Below are positions 27,995-35,599 of a DNA stretch of 64,000 nucleotides, one piece after another (the first letter of the stretch is position 1; every line of letters starts with the position of its first letter). This stretch comes from Minisyncoccota bacterium (GTDB lineage: Bacteria; Patescibacteriota; Minisyncoccia; Phycocordibacterales; UBA9973): the NCBI GenBank assembly GCA_036517535.1, contig DATDVS010000028.1:295-64294 (forward strand), written 5' to 3'. Below the pieces are notes generated by a model that ran no database searches, was not told where the DNA came from, and worked only from the letters and a program-made list of their open reading frames with translations. The position numbers and the translations under genes are program-made.

Positions 27995-28450
27995 ATGGTA
28001 AAATCAAAAATTACAACCGAAGAGAAAGTGGTCCCGACCGAAGTCGGGATCCCGACAGAGGTCGGGAAAGAAAAAGAAGCTGGCCCCAAAATTCCGAAAA
28101 AGAAAATTACTTCCGGCGTTGTCCACGTTGAGGCCACTTTCAACAACACAAAAGTTCTTTTCTCCGACAAGGCAGGCAACACGCTCTTCTGGTCCACAGC
28201 CGGAGCACTTGGTTTTCGCGGGGCGAAAAAAGGTACGCCGTTTGCGGCCTCGAAAGTGGGGGATATCATCGGCGGCAAGGCTTCCGCGCTCGGAGTAAAG
28301 GATTCGGATGTGGTCGTCTTAGGCGTGGGTTCAGGCCGCGAGCCGGCTATCCGGGCATTTATGGCACACGGCATAGAGATCACTTCGATCAAGGATGCTA
28401 CACCGGTACCGCACAACGGGCCGAAGGCGAAGAAGCCAAGACGAGTGTAA
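27995..28450 (+). CDS. rpsK: 30S ribosomal protein S11 with an N-terminal extension
   Basis: 151 aa with an S11 core (GVVHVEATFNNTKVLFSD...). Confidence 0.95.
   Translation: MVKSKITTEEKVVPTEVGIPTEVGKEKEAGPKIPKKKITSGVVHVEATFNNTKVLFSDKAGNTLFWSTAGALGFRGAKKGTPFAASKVGDIIGGKASALGVKDSDVVVLGVGSGREPAIRAFMAHGIEITSIKDATPVPHNGPKAKKPRRV
28032..28067. repeat. in-frame double-hairpin element, family B, in the rpsK 5' region
   Basis: TCCCGAC-CGAA-GTCGGGA followed directly by TCCCGAC-AGAG-GTCGGGA. Encodes PTEVGIPTEVG. Confidence 0.75.
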
Positions 28451-28477
28451 AGTAGAAAGTTATAAAGTTCATAAAGT
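28451..28477. repeat. intergenic AGTAGAAAGTTATAAAGT motif block
   Basis: AGTAGAAAGTTATAAAGTTCATAAAGT, immediately after the rpsK stop. Confidence 0.7.
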
Positions 28478-28486
28478 AAAAACAAA

Positions 28487-29089
28487 ATGCTTTCAAAACC
28501 AAAATTTAAAATTTGCCGAAGATTAGGATCAGGGGTCTATGACAAATGTCAGACCACCAAGTTTTCGACTTCCAGTAAAGGCGGCATGGCCTCTGGCAAG
28601 CGCCCAAAGGCTCCGAGCGAATACGGAGCCCAGCTTATCGAGAAGCAGAAAATCCGATTTTCATACGGTATCAGCGAGCGACAGCTTTCCAATTACGTGA
28701 AGAAAGCCTCACATATAAAGGGCGCGGGTACGGCGGAGAAATTTTATGAAGAGCTTGAATCCCGTCTCGATAACGCCGTTTACCGGATGGGCCTCGCTTC
28801 CAGCCGCCGCGGAGCTCGGCAGATGGTTTCCCACGGCCACTTCACAGTAAACGACCATAAAGTCACCATTCCATCCTATGAGCTCAAAGTCGGGGACATC
28901 ATCAAGATCCGCGAAGGGTCCAAGAGCAAGAAACTTTTCGACAATTTGGGGGAGCGGCTGAAAGATTACAATCCTCCCGCATGGCTGCGCTTCGATGCCG
29001 GCCGGATGGAAGGCAAAATGGAGGATAAGCCGAAAAACATCGAAACCTTCCTGGACCTGAACGCCGTGCTCGAATTTTATAGCCGTTAA
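28487..29089 (+). CDS. rpsD: 30S ribosomal protein S4
   Basis: 200 aa with an S4 domain (RLDNAVYRMGLASSRRGARQMVSHGHFTVN). Confidence 0.95.
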   Translation: MLSKPKFKICRRLGSGVYDKCQTTKFSTSSKGGMASGKRPKAPSEYGAQLIEKQKIRFSYGISERQLSNYVKKASHIKGAGTAEKFYEELESRLDNAVYRMGLASSRRGARQMVSHGHFTVNDHKVTIPSYELKVGDIIKIREGSKSKKLFDNLGERLKDYNPPAWLRFDAGRMEGKMEDKPKNIETFLDLNAVLEFYSR

Positions 29090-29090
29090 T

Positions 29091-29126
29091 TTTATAACTT
29101 TATAAACATTATTAACTTTATAACTT
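29091..29126. repeat. intergenic motif block, reverse orientation (ACTTTATAAC)
   Basis: TTTATAACTTTATAAAC...AACTTTATAACTT, between rpsD and rpoA. Confidence 0.7.
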
Positions 29127-29135
29127 AAATAAATT

Positions 29136-30119
29136 ATGCCCGAATATAAAATCATCATGCCTTCCAAGCCTCGCATCGTGCTAGAGGAAGGGAACAAAGG
29201 AGTATTTGAAATAGACGGCCTTTACCCCGGGTACGGCCATACTCTCGGCAACAGCCTCCGCCGAATTATCCTGTCATCCTTGCCGGGCGCCAGCATCACC
29301 TCTATCAAGATAGACGGCATTTCCCACGAGTTCTCCACTATGGAAGGTATAAAGGAAGACGTGATTGTGATAATCCTCAATTTAAAAAAGGTGCGCTTTA
29401 AAATGCTCTCTGATGAACCGCAGACAGTCACCCTTTCCGTCAAGGGCCCGAAAGAAGTTCTGGCATCGGAGATCAAGACTGGCGGCCAGGTAGAGATCCT
29501 AAACGGCGACCAGCATATAGTGGAAGTCACCGGCAAGGTCAATTTAAATATCGAAATGAATATTGAGAAGGGCCTGGGTTTTATTCCCAAGGAGATGCAC
29601 CAGAAGGAGAAAGTCGACATCGGCACTATCGCGGTCGACGCCATCTTCACCCCTATCCGCCGGGTCTCTTACGAAGTGGAGAACATGCGGGTCGGCGACA
29701 AGACCAACCACAACCGCCTACGCATTTCGATCGAAACCGACGGCACGCTCTCTCCCCGCGAAGCGCTCTCGCAATCTATCGAAATAATGATCAATCAGCT
29801 GAAAGCGATAATCGACTTCAAGGAGCCCGAGGAAGAGGTTCGACCAGAGTCGGACTCCGACACTGGGTCGGAGAAAAAGGCGGAAGATAAAGACATCAAG
29901 AGGGCCGATGATTTTACCGATGTGCTGAAGACCCGTACCGATAGCCTCGACCTTTCCACCCGGACCTTGAACGCTCTGACCGCGGCCAATATCCGAACCT
30001 TGGGCGGTCTGGCCCGCAAGAAAAGGGAAGATCTGCTCGAAGTAGAGGGCATCGGCGAGAAGGGAATTTCCGAGATCAAGAAAGTGCTCGGCAAGTTCGG
30101 ACTTAATCTTAAAGAATAA
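29136..30119 (+). CDS. rpoA: DNA-directed RNA polymerase subunit alpha
   Basis: 327 aa. Alpha NTD plus a C-terminal HhH domain (LDLSTRTLNALTAANIRTLGGL). Confidence 0.95.
   Translation: MPEYKIIMPSKPRIVLEEGNKGVFEIDGLYPGYGHTLGNSLRRIILSSLPGASITSIKIDGISHEFSTMEGIKEDVIVIILNLKKVRFKMLSDEPQTVTLSVKGPKEVLASEIKTGGQVEILNGDQHIVEVTGKVNLNIEMNIEKGLGFIPKEMHQKEKVDIGTIAVDAIFTPIRRVSYEVENMRVGDKTNHNRLRISIETDGTLSPREALSQSIEIMINQLKAIIDFKEPEEEVRPESDSDTGSEKKAEDKDIKRADDFTDVLKTRTDSLDLSTRTLNALTAANIRTLGGLARKKREDLLEVEGIGEKGISEIKKVLGKFGLNLKE
29838..29873. repeat. in-frame double-hairpin element, family B, in the rpoA NTD-CTD linker
   Basis: GTTCGAC-CAGA-GTCGGAC then (C)TCCGAC-ACTGG-GTCGGA(G). Encodes VRPESDSDTGSE. Confidence 0.75.
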
Positions 30120-30130
30120 CTTTATAACTT
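30118..30130. repeat. intergenic motif, reverse orientation
   Basis: AACTTTATAACTT, overlapping the rpoA stop and 2 nt before the rplQ ATG. Confidence 0.6.
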
Positions 30131-30132
30131 AA

Positions 30133-30489
30133 ATGCGCCACCACAATACAAAAAGAAAATTCGGCAGAACAAAAAATCAACGCAACGCGCTGATGAATTC
30201 CCTAGCGCTCAATTTGATCGTGCGTGAGAAGATCCAGACGACCGAACCCAAGGCTAAAGAACTCCGCCCTTTTATCGAAAAACTCGTGACAACTGCCAAG
30301 AAAAATAATGTCGCTACTCGTAAACTTATTACCGCCAGGCTTGTAAACAGAAGGAAAGAGGTTAAAAAGCTTTTTGACGTGATCGCTCCGAAATACGCCG
30401 ATCGTTCCGGAGGGTATACGCGAGTTTTGAAACTGGGTGCGCGAAAGTCGGATGGTGCTAAAATGGCCATAATCGAGTTTATAAAGTAG
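30133..30489 (+). CDS. rplQ: 50S ribosomal protein L17
   Basis: 118 aa with a typical L17 sequence (MRHHNTKRKFGRTKNQRNALM...). Confidence 0.95.
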   Translation: MRHHNTKRKFGRTKNQRNALMNSLALNLIVREKIQTTEPKAKELRPFIEKLVTTAKKNNVATRKLITARLVNRRKEVKKLFDVIAPKYADRSGGYTRVLKLGARKSDGAKMAIIEFIK

Positions 30490-30509
30490 AAAGTTGAAAG
30501 TTATAAAGT
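30485..30509. repeat. intergenic AGTAGAAAGTT...ATAAAGT motif block
   Basis: AGTAGAAAGTTGAAAGTTATAAAGT, spanning the rplQ stop up to the rplM ATG. Confidence 0.7.
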
Positions 30510-30510
30510 A

Positions 30511-30891
30511 ATGAAAAAATCACAGATTAAAAGAGAAGAGACCAGAGAAACTAAAATGGTGGATGCATCCGGCCGGACCTTGGGGCGGGTGGCAAGCGAG
30601 GTCGCGACGAAGCTCATGGGCAAGACCAGCGCTTCTTTTGAGCGCCACACCTACTCCGGATTCCCAGTCAAGGTGGTCAATGCTTCGAAGATCCGAATAA
30701 CGCCGAAGAAGCTCGCGGAGATCTATCATACCCGATACTCCGGTATCCCAGGAGGCTTGAGGATCATCCACGGTACGGAAACGAAGAAAAAGGAGGGCAT
30801 GAGTGAGCTGGTTCGCTTGGCGACGTACCAGATGCTCCCATCCAACAAACTGCGCCGAGAAATGATGAAGAATTTAACAGTAATAGAATAA
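30511..30891 (+). CDS. rplM: 50S ribosomal protein L13
   Basis: 126 aa with an L13-like sequence (VDASGRTLGRVASEVATKLMGK...). Confidence 0.9.
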   Translation: MKKSQIKREETRETKMVDASGRTLGRVASEVATKLMGKTSASFERHTYSGFPVKVVNASKIRITPKKLAEIYHTRYSGIPGGLRIIHGTETKKKEGMSELVRLATYQMLPSNKLRREMMKNLTVIE

Positions 30892-30910
30892 TCTGCGAAG
30901 AATAATACCA

Positions 30911-31318
30911 ATGACTGAAACAAAAACAAAAAAATATACTGAAGCAGTAGGGCGAAGGAAAACTTCAACCGCCCGGGTGCGCATACATGAAGCTGCCAAA
31001 GTGTCATTCATAGTGAACGGCAAGGATGCTCGCGAATATTTCCAAACAGAAGAATCCCGCCGGCTCGTCTTGGGACCCACCGTAAATTTAGGAACTACCA
31101 CCAAGTGGCACATTGAGGCTAAAGTTTCCGGCGGCGGCCCTCATTCGCAAGCGGAGGCCGTGCGTCACGGGCTCGCTCGTGCGCTCTCCGCGAACAACAT
31201 TGAATTCCGGCCAAAAATGAAATCCTTGGGTTACCTCAGGCGCGACCCTCGCGCCAAAGAGCGCCGCAAATTCGGACTCAAAAAAGCCCGCAAGGCACCG
31301 CAATGGAGTAAAAGATAA
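30911..31318 (+). CDS. rpsI: 30S ribosomal protein S9
   Basis: 135 aa with an S9 C-terminus (RDPRAKERRKFGLKKARKAPQWSKR). Confidence 0.95.
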   Translation: MTETKTKKYTEAVGRRKTSTARVRIHEAAKVSFIVNGKDAREYFQTEESRRLVLGPTVNLGTTTKWHIEAKVSGGGPHSQAEAVRHGLARALSANNIEFRPKMKSLGYLRRDPRAKERRKFGLKKARKAPQWSKR

Positions 31319-31425
31319 CTGCTTATCTTTTACTCCGGTTGCGTGCAAGAGCAAATTTCCGTTGCGAGCTTGCGAGCCGGAAATAGGAGGGGATACGTTC
31401 ACTGACCTAGACCAGACTTGGAAGA

Positions 31426-31451
31426 AAGAGCCCTTGAAAAAGGGGCTTTTT
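31426..31451 (+). terminator. rho-independent terminator after the rplM-rpsI unit
   Basis: AAGAGCCCT-TGAAAAA-GGGGCTTTTT. Confidence 0.6.
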
Positions 31452-31452
31452 A

Positions 31453-31461
31453 TGTTAAAAT
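31453..31461 (+). promoter_or_regulatory. extended -10 element (TGtTAAAAT)
   Basis: Lies 6 nt upstream of the grpE ATG at 31468. Confidence 0.45.
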
Positions 31462-31467
31462 CGGATT

Positions 31468-32070
31468 ATGTCTGACGAGGAAGCTAAAAAAGAAGTCCGA
31501 CCAGAGTCGGACCCCGACACGGAGGTCGGGGACGACGTTGTCGAGTTCGAATTCAATGAAGACGGCGAGGAGGACCTAAAAAAGACCTTAAAGAAGCTAC
31601 GGGCTGACCTAAAGGCTGCAAAAGCGGAAAAGGAGGAATACCTGACCGGCTGGCAGAAGGAGCGAGCGGATTTCGCCAATTATAAAAAAGAGGAAGAAAA
31701 TCGAAAGGCAATGTTTTCCGAGGCCGTGCGGGAGCGGATCTTGACCCGCTTTTTAACCGTGCTTGATAGTTTCAACTTGGCTTTTGCGAACAGGGAAGCC
31801 TGGGAGAAGGTGGATCCGAACTGGCGCAAGGGCGTGGAATACATCTATTCGCAGATGAACGATATTTTCAAGGAATATGGTGTTATGCCAGTGGGCGAAG
31901 TAGGGGAGAGTTTTGATCCGAACATTCATCAATCCATAGACATGGTGGCCACAAACAAGAGGGAGCAAGATCACAAAATTGCCGTTGTGGTGCAGAGGGG
32001 CTACAAGCTGGGCGGGCGCATCATCCGCCCGGCACGAGTGAATGTTTGGGAGTATAAGACCTTTCCCTAA
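31468..32070 (+). CDS. grpE: nucleotide exchange factor GrpE
   Basis: 200 aa. Long helix followed by a GrpE C-terminal beta domain (FDPNIHQSI...GYKLGGRIIRPARV). Confidence 0.9.
   Translation: MSDEEAKKEVRPESDPDTEVGDDVVEFEFNEDGEEDLKKTLKKLRADLKAAKAEKEEYLTGWQKERADFANYKKEEENRKAMFSEAVRERILTRFLTVLDSFNLAFANREAWEKVDPNWRKGVEYIYSQMNDIFKEYGVMPVGEVGESFDPNIHQSIDMVATNKREQDHKIAVVVQRGYKLGGRIIRPARVNVWEYKTFP
31495..31531. repeat. in-frame double-hairpin element, family B, in the grpE 5' region
   Basis: GTCCGAC-CAGA-GTCGGAC then (C)CCCGAC-ACGGAG-GTCGGGG. Encodes VRPESDPDTEVG. Near-identical to the rpoA copy. Confidence 0.75.
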
Positions 32071-32119
32071 CCCTCTCCTTGCCAAGGAGAGGGGAAAAGC
32101 AAAGGGGTGAGGTGAATTT
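32058..32119 (+). repeat. hairpin-plus-RBS repeat, copy A
   Basis: GACCTTTCCCTAA-CCCTCTCCTT-GCC-AAGGAGAGGG-GAAAAGCAAAGGGGTGAGGTGAATTT, followed by the ATG at 32120. Confidence 0.8.
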
Positions 32120-33778
32120 ATGAATTCTATCACTAAAATCTGTGCTGATTGCAGACAAGAATTCATAATAGATGAGGGGGATTTAAAGTTATACGAAAAA
32201 ATCGGACTCAAGCTTCCGACTAAATGTTTTGACTGCCGAATGAAGCAGTATTTTATATTTTCTATTTTTGGAAAGTTCCGCAAAGGGGTGTCTGACTTAT
32301 CAGGAGAGAGTTTGATTACTGTGCTGCCAAACAAGCCCAGATTCCCGATTTATCATTCTCATGAGTGGTGGGGTGATAGCTGGGATTCCATGTCCTACGG
32401 CCAAGATTATGATCCTGGGCGCTCATTTTTTGACCAGCTGAAAGAACTTCAAGAGAAAGTGCCTCGCCCGCACCAGATAGGACAAAATAATTTAAATTGT
32501 GATTGGTGTGATGATGCCTGGAACTGTAAAAATTGCTACCTTTCTCGCTCAATGGATAAATGTGAGAATTTGAGCTATGCCTACCGGGCAATTGATAGCA
32601 AGGACTCATTTGACATATTTTATAGCTTTAACCTCCAGAATTCTTATGACTGCTTGTTTTGTCACGACTCTTTCAATCTAAATTTTTCAGAAAATTCTCG
32701 GGATTGTATAGATTCATATTTCCTCTTTGACTGCCGTAACTGTCAGAATTGCTTTATGAGCTGGAATTTAAGGAATAAACATTATTGCATAAGGAATAAA
32801 CAATACACAAAAGAAGAATATGAAAAAGAATTAAATAAAATCAAACTTGACTCGTACGAGAATATAAAAAAATTAAGAACTGAATTTGAAGAAATATTGA
32901 GAAAAGAGGGAGTGCATAGGGAGAATTTCAACATCCGGTCGACTGGTTCCGTGGGGAACTATATGACTGATTGCGATAAATGCGTAAATGTTTTCTCATG
33001 GGAGGAATCACAAAATTGTCGCAACTGTATGCGCGGACTACGCTCGAAAGATTGCATTGATATGGGATTTTCCTGGAACCTGGAACTCTCCGGCAACAAC
33101 GGTGTGGTGGATGGCGGCTATCAGATCAAGCATTCGGGCGGGTCTTCTACTGGCAGATTCTCTGAATATGTGGATTTGTGTAAAGAAGTCGAGTATTGCT
33201 TTGGCTGTATCGGCCTTCGCAAAAAGAAATATTGTATTTTAAATAAAGAATACACGAAAGAAGAATATGAGAAACTAAAAGTACAAATCATAGCTGATAT
33301 GGAGAAGCGAGGAGAGTATGGCGAGTATCTCCCGTATTCGATGGGCACAGGGGATTATAATTTATCAAATGGGATAGTTTATTTCCCCAATATGACCAGA
33401 GAGGAAGTTTTAAGAAATGGTGGATACTGGTCTGACGAGGATTTGTCGCAGACAGACGGCGTTCCGTCTTCAGAATTACCTGATAGTATTTTAGATACCA
33501 CCCCCGAAGTTTCTTCCAAGGCACTTATTTGTCCGGAAAGTCATTATAGATTCAACATTGCTCAGACAGAATACGAATTTCATAAAAGGAAAAATTTTGC
33601 TTTACCACGGATTCACTTCGATAAAAGAATTATGGATAGAATGCGCAAAATGTCCATTATGAAAAACTACCCCTACCAATGTTTTTACTGTAAAGCTGAT
33701 ATAATGGCTTATTATCCGCCGGAATGGGGATACCAGAAGATTGCCTGCGAGGAATGTTATAAGCAGAACATAGCATGA
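32120..33778 (+). CDS. Cys-rich multi-zinc-ribbon protein, family member 1 (most divergent)
   Basis: 552 aa, paralog of members 2-6. Keeps the N-terminal CxxC...CxxC and both YC(I)xNKxYTKEEYEK caps. Several C-terminal module cysteines are replaced. Confidence 0.8.
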   Translation: MNSITKICADCRQEFIIDEGDLKLYEKIGLKLPTKCFDCRMKQYFIFSIFGKFRKGVSDLSGESLITVLPNKPRFPIYHSHEWWGDSWDSMSYGQDYDPGRSFFDQLKELQEKVPRPHQIGQNNLNCDWCDDAWNCKNCYLSRSMDKCENLSYAYRAIDSKDSFDIFYSFNLQNSYDCLFCHDSFNLNFSENSRDCIDSYFLFDCRNCQNCFMSWNLRNKHYCIRNKQYTKEEYEKELNKIKLDSYENIKKLRTEFEEILRKEGVHRENFNIRSTGSVGNYMTDCDKCVNVFSWEESQNCRNCMRGLRSKDCIDMGFSWNLELSGNNGVVDGGYQIKHSGGSSTGRFSEYVDLCKEVEYCFGCIGLRKKKYCILNKEYTKEEYEKLKVQIIADMEKRGEYGEYLPYSMGTGDYNLSNGIVYFPNMTREEVLRNGGYWSDEDLSQTDGVPSSELPDSILDTTPEVSSKALICPESHYRFNIAQTEYEFHKRKNFALPRIHFDKRIMDRMRKMSIMKNYPYQCFYCKADIMAYYPPEWGYQKIACEECYKQNIA

Positions 33779-33838
33779 CCTCTCCCTAGCCCTCTCCTTG
33801 GCAAGGAGAGGGGAAAAGCAAGGGGTGAGGTGAATTTT
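33777..33838 (+). repeat. hairpin-plus-RBS repeat, copy B
   Basis: GACCTCTCCCTAG-CCCTCTCCTT-GGC-AAGGAGAGGG-GAAAAGCAAGGGGTGAGGTGAATTTT, followed by the ATG at 33839. Confidence 0.8.
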
Positions 33839-35536
33839 ATGAATCCACAAACCAAAAATTGTCCGAATTGTAAAAAGGACTTTACTATAGAAAGTGAAGA
33901 TTTTAATTTCTATGAGAAAGTAAAAGTCCCTCCGCCGACTTGGTGCCCGCTGTGCCGCCAGCAAAGGCGCTATGCCTGGCGCAACGAGCGCACGCTGTAC
34001 CGCAGAAATTGCGATCTATGCGGCAAATCGACGGTGACCATTTACTCTCCGAATAAACCACACAAGATGTATTGCCAATCCTGCTGGTGGGGTGACGGCT
34101 GGGATCCGGCTTCTTTCGGAGTTGATTTTGACTTTTCCCGCCCATTTTTTGACCAATTTCATGAACTCCAGCTCCGGGTGCCGCGCATGGCCCTTTTGAG
34201 TAAAAACAGCGTAAATTCTGAATACACCAATCACTCCGGAGACGACAAAAATGTTTATCTTTCCTTCGCGGCCTGGTCGGCGGAAGATGTCCTATACAGC
34301 ACCTGGGTTATGAAGTCTCGGGATTGCATGGATTGCAGTTTCATATACGACAAGGGCGAACGCTTGTATGAAGTAATCGACTCCCGCACTTCTTACGAAT
34401 GCCAATACAGTATTTTCCTGAAGGACTGCTCTTCTTGTTATTACTGCTATGATTGCCACGGCTGCAATGAATGCTTTATGTCCTACAATTTACGCAATAA
34501 AAGTTATGTCTGGCGAGGTCAGCAACTAAGCCGGGAAGAATATATGAAAAAGAAGAAAGAGCTTGAGATGACTTCTTTTACAGAACGCCAAGGGCTTTTA
34601 CAAGAGTTCCAAGATACGATAGAGCAAAGTGCCATTCATCGATATGTGGTCTCCGAGCGCAATGTAAACTCTGTCGGCTCTCTTATTTTTGATTGCAAAA
34701 ATGTCAAACAATCCTTTGAGGTGAACGGTGCCGAGGATTGTAAATATATTTACGGGGGCCTGGATATGAAAGATTGCATGGATATATACCATGTCGGCTG
34801 GCATACTACCGAGCTTTGCTATGAACTGCATGGCTGTACACGGGTAGCCAATTGTAAATTCTGCCATCTTTGTTATGACAACAACAGTGTGTCCTACTCT
34901 GACAGTTGCCAGAACAGCCAGAATCTTTTCGGTTGCGTGAGCATTAAAAAAGGCGAATATATGATTTTCAATAAAAAATACAGCAAGGAAGATTACCTGG
35001 CGCTCAAGGAGAAAATTATCGAGCATATGAAGAAAACCGGGGAATACGGGGAATTCTTCCCGCCTGCCATTGCGCCGGTATACTACAACGAAACGCAGGG
35101 TATTCTGTATGATCCATTGACTAAAGAGGAAGTTCTGTCCAAAGGCTGGCATTGGGAGGATAATGTGCCGGGGACAAAAGGCAAAGAAACGATCAGCAAT
35201 AAAGACATCCCGGATAAGATTGAAGATGTGCCCGATACATTCTTGAAAGAAGTTTTTGCCTGCGATGCTTGCTCGAAGAATTACAACATCACCCAAAACG
35301 AGCTTCTGTTTTACCAAAAAGAAAAAATTCCTTTGCCGCGCAAATGCCCGAACTGCAGATACAAAAGGCGTTTTGATCTGCGCCCGCTCCGCAAGCTCTG
35401 GCACAGGGGGTGTATGTGTGACAAATCCGGCCATGACCACGCGGGAATCTGTAAAAATGAATTTGAGACTTCCTACGCTCCGGAGAGGAAAGAGAAAGTC
35501 TACTGCGAGTCCTGCTATAACAAAGAAGTGTATTAA
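33839..35536 (+). CDS. Cys-rich multi-zinc-ribbon protein, family member 2
   Basis: 565 aa from the ATG that follows the shared GGTGAGGTGA RBS; the ORF track begins 9 nt earlier at a GTG. Full complement of N- and C-terminal ribbons. Confidence 0.85.
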   Translation: MNPQTKNCPNCKKDFTIESEDFNFYEKVKVPPPTWCPLCRQQRRYAWRNERTLYRRNCDLCGKSTVTIYSPNKPHKMYCQSCWWGDGWDPASFGVDFDFSRPFFDQFHELQLRVPRMALLSKNSVNSEYTNHSGDDKNVYLSFAAWSAEDVLYSTWVMKSRDCMDCSFIYDKGERLYEVIDSRTSYECQYSIFLKDCSSCYYCYDCHGCNECFMSYNLRNKSYVWRGQQLSREEYMKKKKELEMTSFTERQGLLQEFQDTIEQSAIHRYVVSERNVNSVGSLIFDCKNVKQSFEVNGAEDCKYIYGGLDMKDCMDIYHVGWHTTELCYELHGCTRVANCKFCHLCYDNNSVSYSDSCQNSQNLFGCVSIKKGEYMIFNKKYSKEDYLALKEKIIEHMKKTGEYGEFFPPAIAPVYYNETQGILYDPLTKEEVLSKGWHWEDNVPGTKGKETISNKDIPDKIEDVPDTFLKEVFACDACSKNYNITQNELLFYQKEKIPLPRKCPNCRYKRRFDLRPLRKLWHRGCMCDKSGHDHAGICKNEFETSYAPERKEKVYCESCYNKEVY

Positions 35537-35538
35537 TA

Positions 35539-35599
35539 AGTTATAAAGTAGAAAGTTCATAAAGTTATAAAGTAAATAAAATGAACTCTGAAACTAAAA
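35539..35599 (+). repeat. 61-bp perfect direct repeat, copy 1 (intergenic motif block plus first 6 codons of member 3)
   Basis: Identical to 37326-37386: AGTTATAAAGTAGAAAGTTCATAAAGTTATAAAGTAAATAAAATGAACTCTGAAACTAAAA. Confidence 0.9.

Noticed and set aside
27932-30509. The repeated GTTATAAAGT/AGTAGAAAGTT blocks looked at first like a possible degenerate CRISPR or tandem-repeat array.
   Set aside because: The units are only 8-9 bp. They are directly adjacent with no spacers, are scattered in separate intergenic gaps between ribosomal protein genes, and occur in both orientations. No cas genes are present.
34598-35560. 320-aa antisense ORF inside family member 2. Similar long antisense ORFs occur at 18251-18886, 39990-40604 and 50687-51256.
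   Set aside because: These are shadow ORFs on the opposite strand of well-supported genes. Their composition is implausible (Arg/Phe/His-rich) and they have no motifs or expression signals.
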